NCBI RefSeq assembly: GCF_006345805.1
Contig: NC_043003.1
Location: 43,152,001-43,216,000, forward strand
DNA: 64,000 bases
From: Octopus sinensis
Taxonomy: Eukaryota
Reading direction: 5' to 3'
The notes under the pieces are model-generated. The model made no database searches, was not told the DNA's origin, and was given only the letters and a program-made list of their open reading frames with translations. Positions 62,352-64,000 of the stretch are shown here, piece by piece. Made by a program: the position numbers and the translations under genes. The first letter of the stretch is position 1. The number at the start of each line of letters is the position of its first letter.

Positions 62352-64000
62352 TGATGGCAATCCCTCAAGGTCGAGGATGATGGTCTTCGCGCAAATTTAC
62401 TGGTGAGTCCGTAGGTGACCGATAAGACCAATTCTTGCTTGAAAAGATCGGTCGCAATGCGGACATCTAGTGCCGGAAGGGAGAGTCGCACATGGTTGTT
62501 GTTGGCGCTCCTTCCGTCGTCGTCTTTTCTCCTCCAGCTCTGCAGACATTTTCGACTCGAAAGTCGCCATTCCCTCATGGATGGTGGTTTTCCAGAGTGG
62601 TCTGTTTTTTGCCGTTTCCTCCCAGTTAGTGAAGTCGATGTCACACTTTTTGAGGTTCGTTTTCAGGGAGTCCTTGTAGCGTTTCTTCTGGCCTCCTTTT
62701 GTACGCTTGCCGTCTTTGAGTTGGGAGTAGAAGATCTGTTTGGGAAGTCGTTCATCAGTCATTCTAACGACGTGGCCGCTCCATCTTAGTTGGCCTTTGA
62801 TGACATAGGCTTCGATGCTGGTCATGTTTGCTTCTTGCAGCACACTGACGTTAGTTCTTCTGTCTTCCCAGCTGATGTTAAGGATCTTCCGAAGACAGCG
62901 TTGGTGAAATTTCTCGAGCGTTTTCAGGTGGTGACTATACGGGGTCCAGGTTTCGGATGCGTAAAGGAGGGTTGGAATAATGACTGCCCTGTACACCATA
63001 AGTTTAGTCTCGGTTCGGATGTCCCGATCAGCAAAAACTCTTGTTCGAAGCTTGCCGAAAGCTGTTCCTGCACACTTCAGACGGTGTTGGATTTCATCGC
63101 TGAGGTCTACCTTTGCTGACAGATGGCTCCCAAGGTAGCAGAAATGGTTCACATTTCCCAATGGAATTCCTTCGAGTTGAATCGATGGCGGGTTGTCAAC
63201 ACGGGCATGGGTTGGTAGAGTAAGTGAGTCTTCTTGATGTTGATGCTCAGTCCAAGTTTAGTATATGCATGATGATTTAAGATCTGTTGGAGGTGATCCT
63301 CTCTGTAAACTGCTACACTGTTGTCGTCGGCATATTGGAACTCTAGCAAGCTTCGCGCCATTGTCTTTGACGTACTTTCGAGGCGAGCGAGGTTGAAAAG
63401 CTTTCCGTCCATTCTGTACGAGATCTCGATGCCAGGTGGAAGGGCATCTCGTATGATGTGCAACACTGTCGCGATAAAGATGGTAAAGAGAGTTGGCGCT
63501 ATCACGCAGCCTTGCTTCACTCTGGAGGTGACTTTAAAGGGCTCAGAACTGCCTCCATCGGTCTGGACTCTGGCGTGCATATTGTCGTGGAGGAGTTTGA
63601 GGATCCGGATGAACTTATCTGGGCATCCATACTGGGCGAGAATATCCCAGAGGAGCTCTCGCGAGACACGATCAAAGGCTTTGGATAGGTCGATAAAGGC
63701 CAAATAGAGCGGTTGGTGTTGCTCACGACATTTTTCTTGTAGCTGTCGCAGCGTAAAGATCATGTCGGATGTGCTCCGTGATGGCCTAAAGCCGGTCTGC
63801 GTCTCAGGAAGGATCCTCTCTGACAGCGTTTTGAGGCGGTTGTTCAGGATGGGTGCAAGAATCTTCCCAGCAGTTGCTAATAAGTAAATACCCCGGTAAT
63901 TTCCACACTCAGAACGATCGCCCTTTCGTTTGTAAATGGTAATGATGTTAGCATCCCTGAAGTCGGATGGTACAATTTCATTTGTCCAGATTTCATTTGT
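62352..64000 (-). mobile_element. RTE-clade LINE (BovB-like), young, continuing beyond the window end
   Basis: Open frame from 64000 to about 63200: CGNYRGI, QTGFRPSRST, FIDLSKAFD, VKQGCVIAPTLF, QYADD. One frameshift near 63200 is followed by FCYLGS, LRWSGHV and the C2H2-like CPHCDRSFQARIGLIGHLRTH. A 3' hairpin TCCTC..GAGGG is present. Confidence 0.95.

Noticed and set aside
63975-64000. ATTTCATTTGT repeated at the window edge within the RTE ORF
   Set aside because: It may be a 15-nt tandem duplication but is cut by the window boundary and cannot be evaluated.

Overview
AT-rich, microsatellite-dense animal DNA, most likely an octopod cephalopod such as Octopus. That assignment is inferred from the tRNA-derived SINE families and the repeat landscape and was not confirmed by any search. 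I can support no host protein-coding gene, rRNA, true tRNA gene or CRISPR array, and most entries in the ORF track are translations of simple repeats. The window is a mosaic of transposable elements: a decayed mariner (1-731) and a Tc1 DD34E (28.6-29.7 kb), CR1/L2-group and RTE LINEs, three tRNA-derived SINE families, a MITE, a non-autonomous Helitron nested in an L1/Tx1 endonuclease relic, and nine same-strand R4/Dong (restriction-like endonuclease) fragments stacked in (AAT)n tracts at 42-54 kb. There are also many Penelope-like element (PLE) pieces. The most interesting signal is in the PLE material. Several unrelated terminal repeats carry minimal type I hammerhead ribozyme (HHR) folds with a palindromic helix III. 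One family also joins a tRNA-Ser(GCT)-like Pol III promoter to its terminal repeat: directly behind a GIY-YIG ORF at 36.0 kb, and in front of a near-complete hammerhead at 58.7-59.0 kb. This suggests a Pol III-driven, ribozyme-terminated SINE/retrozyme-like unit built into a PLE pseudo-LTR (pLTR).
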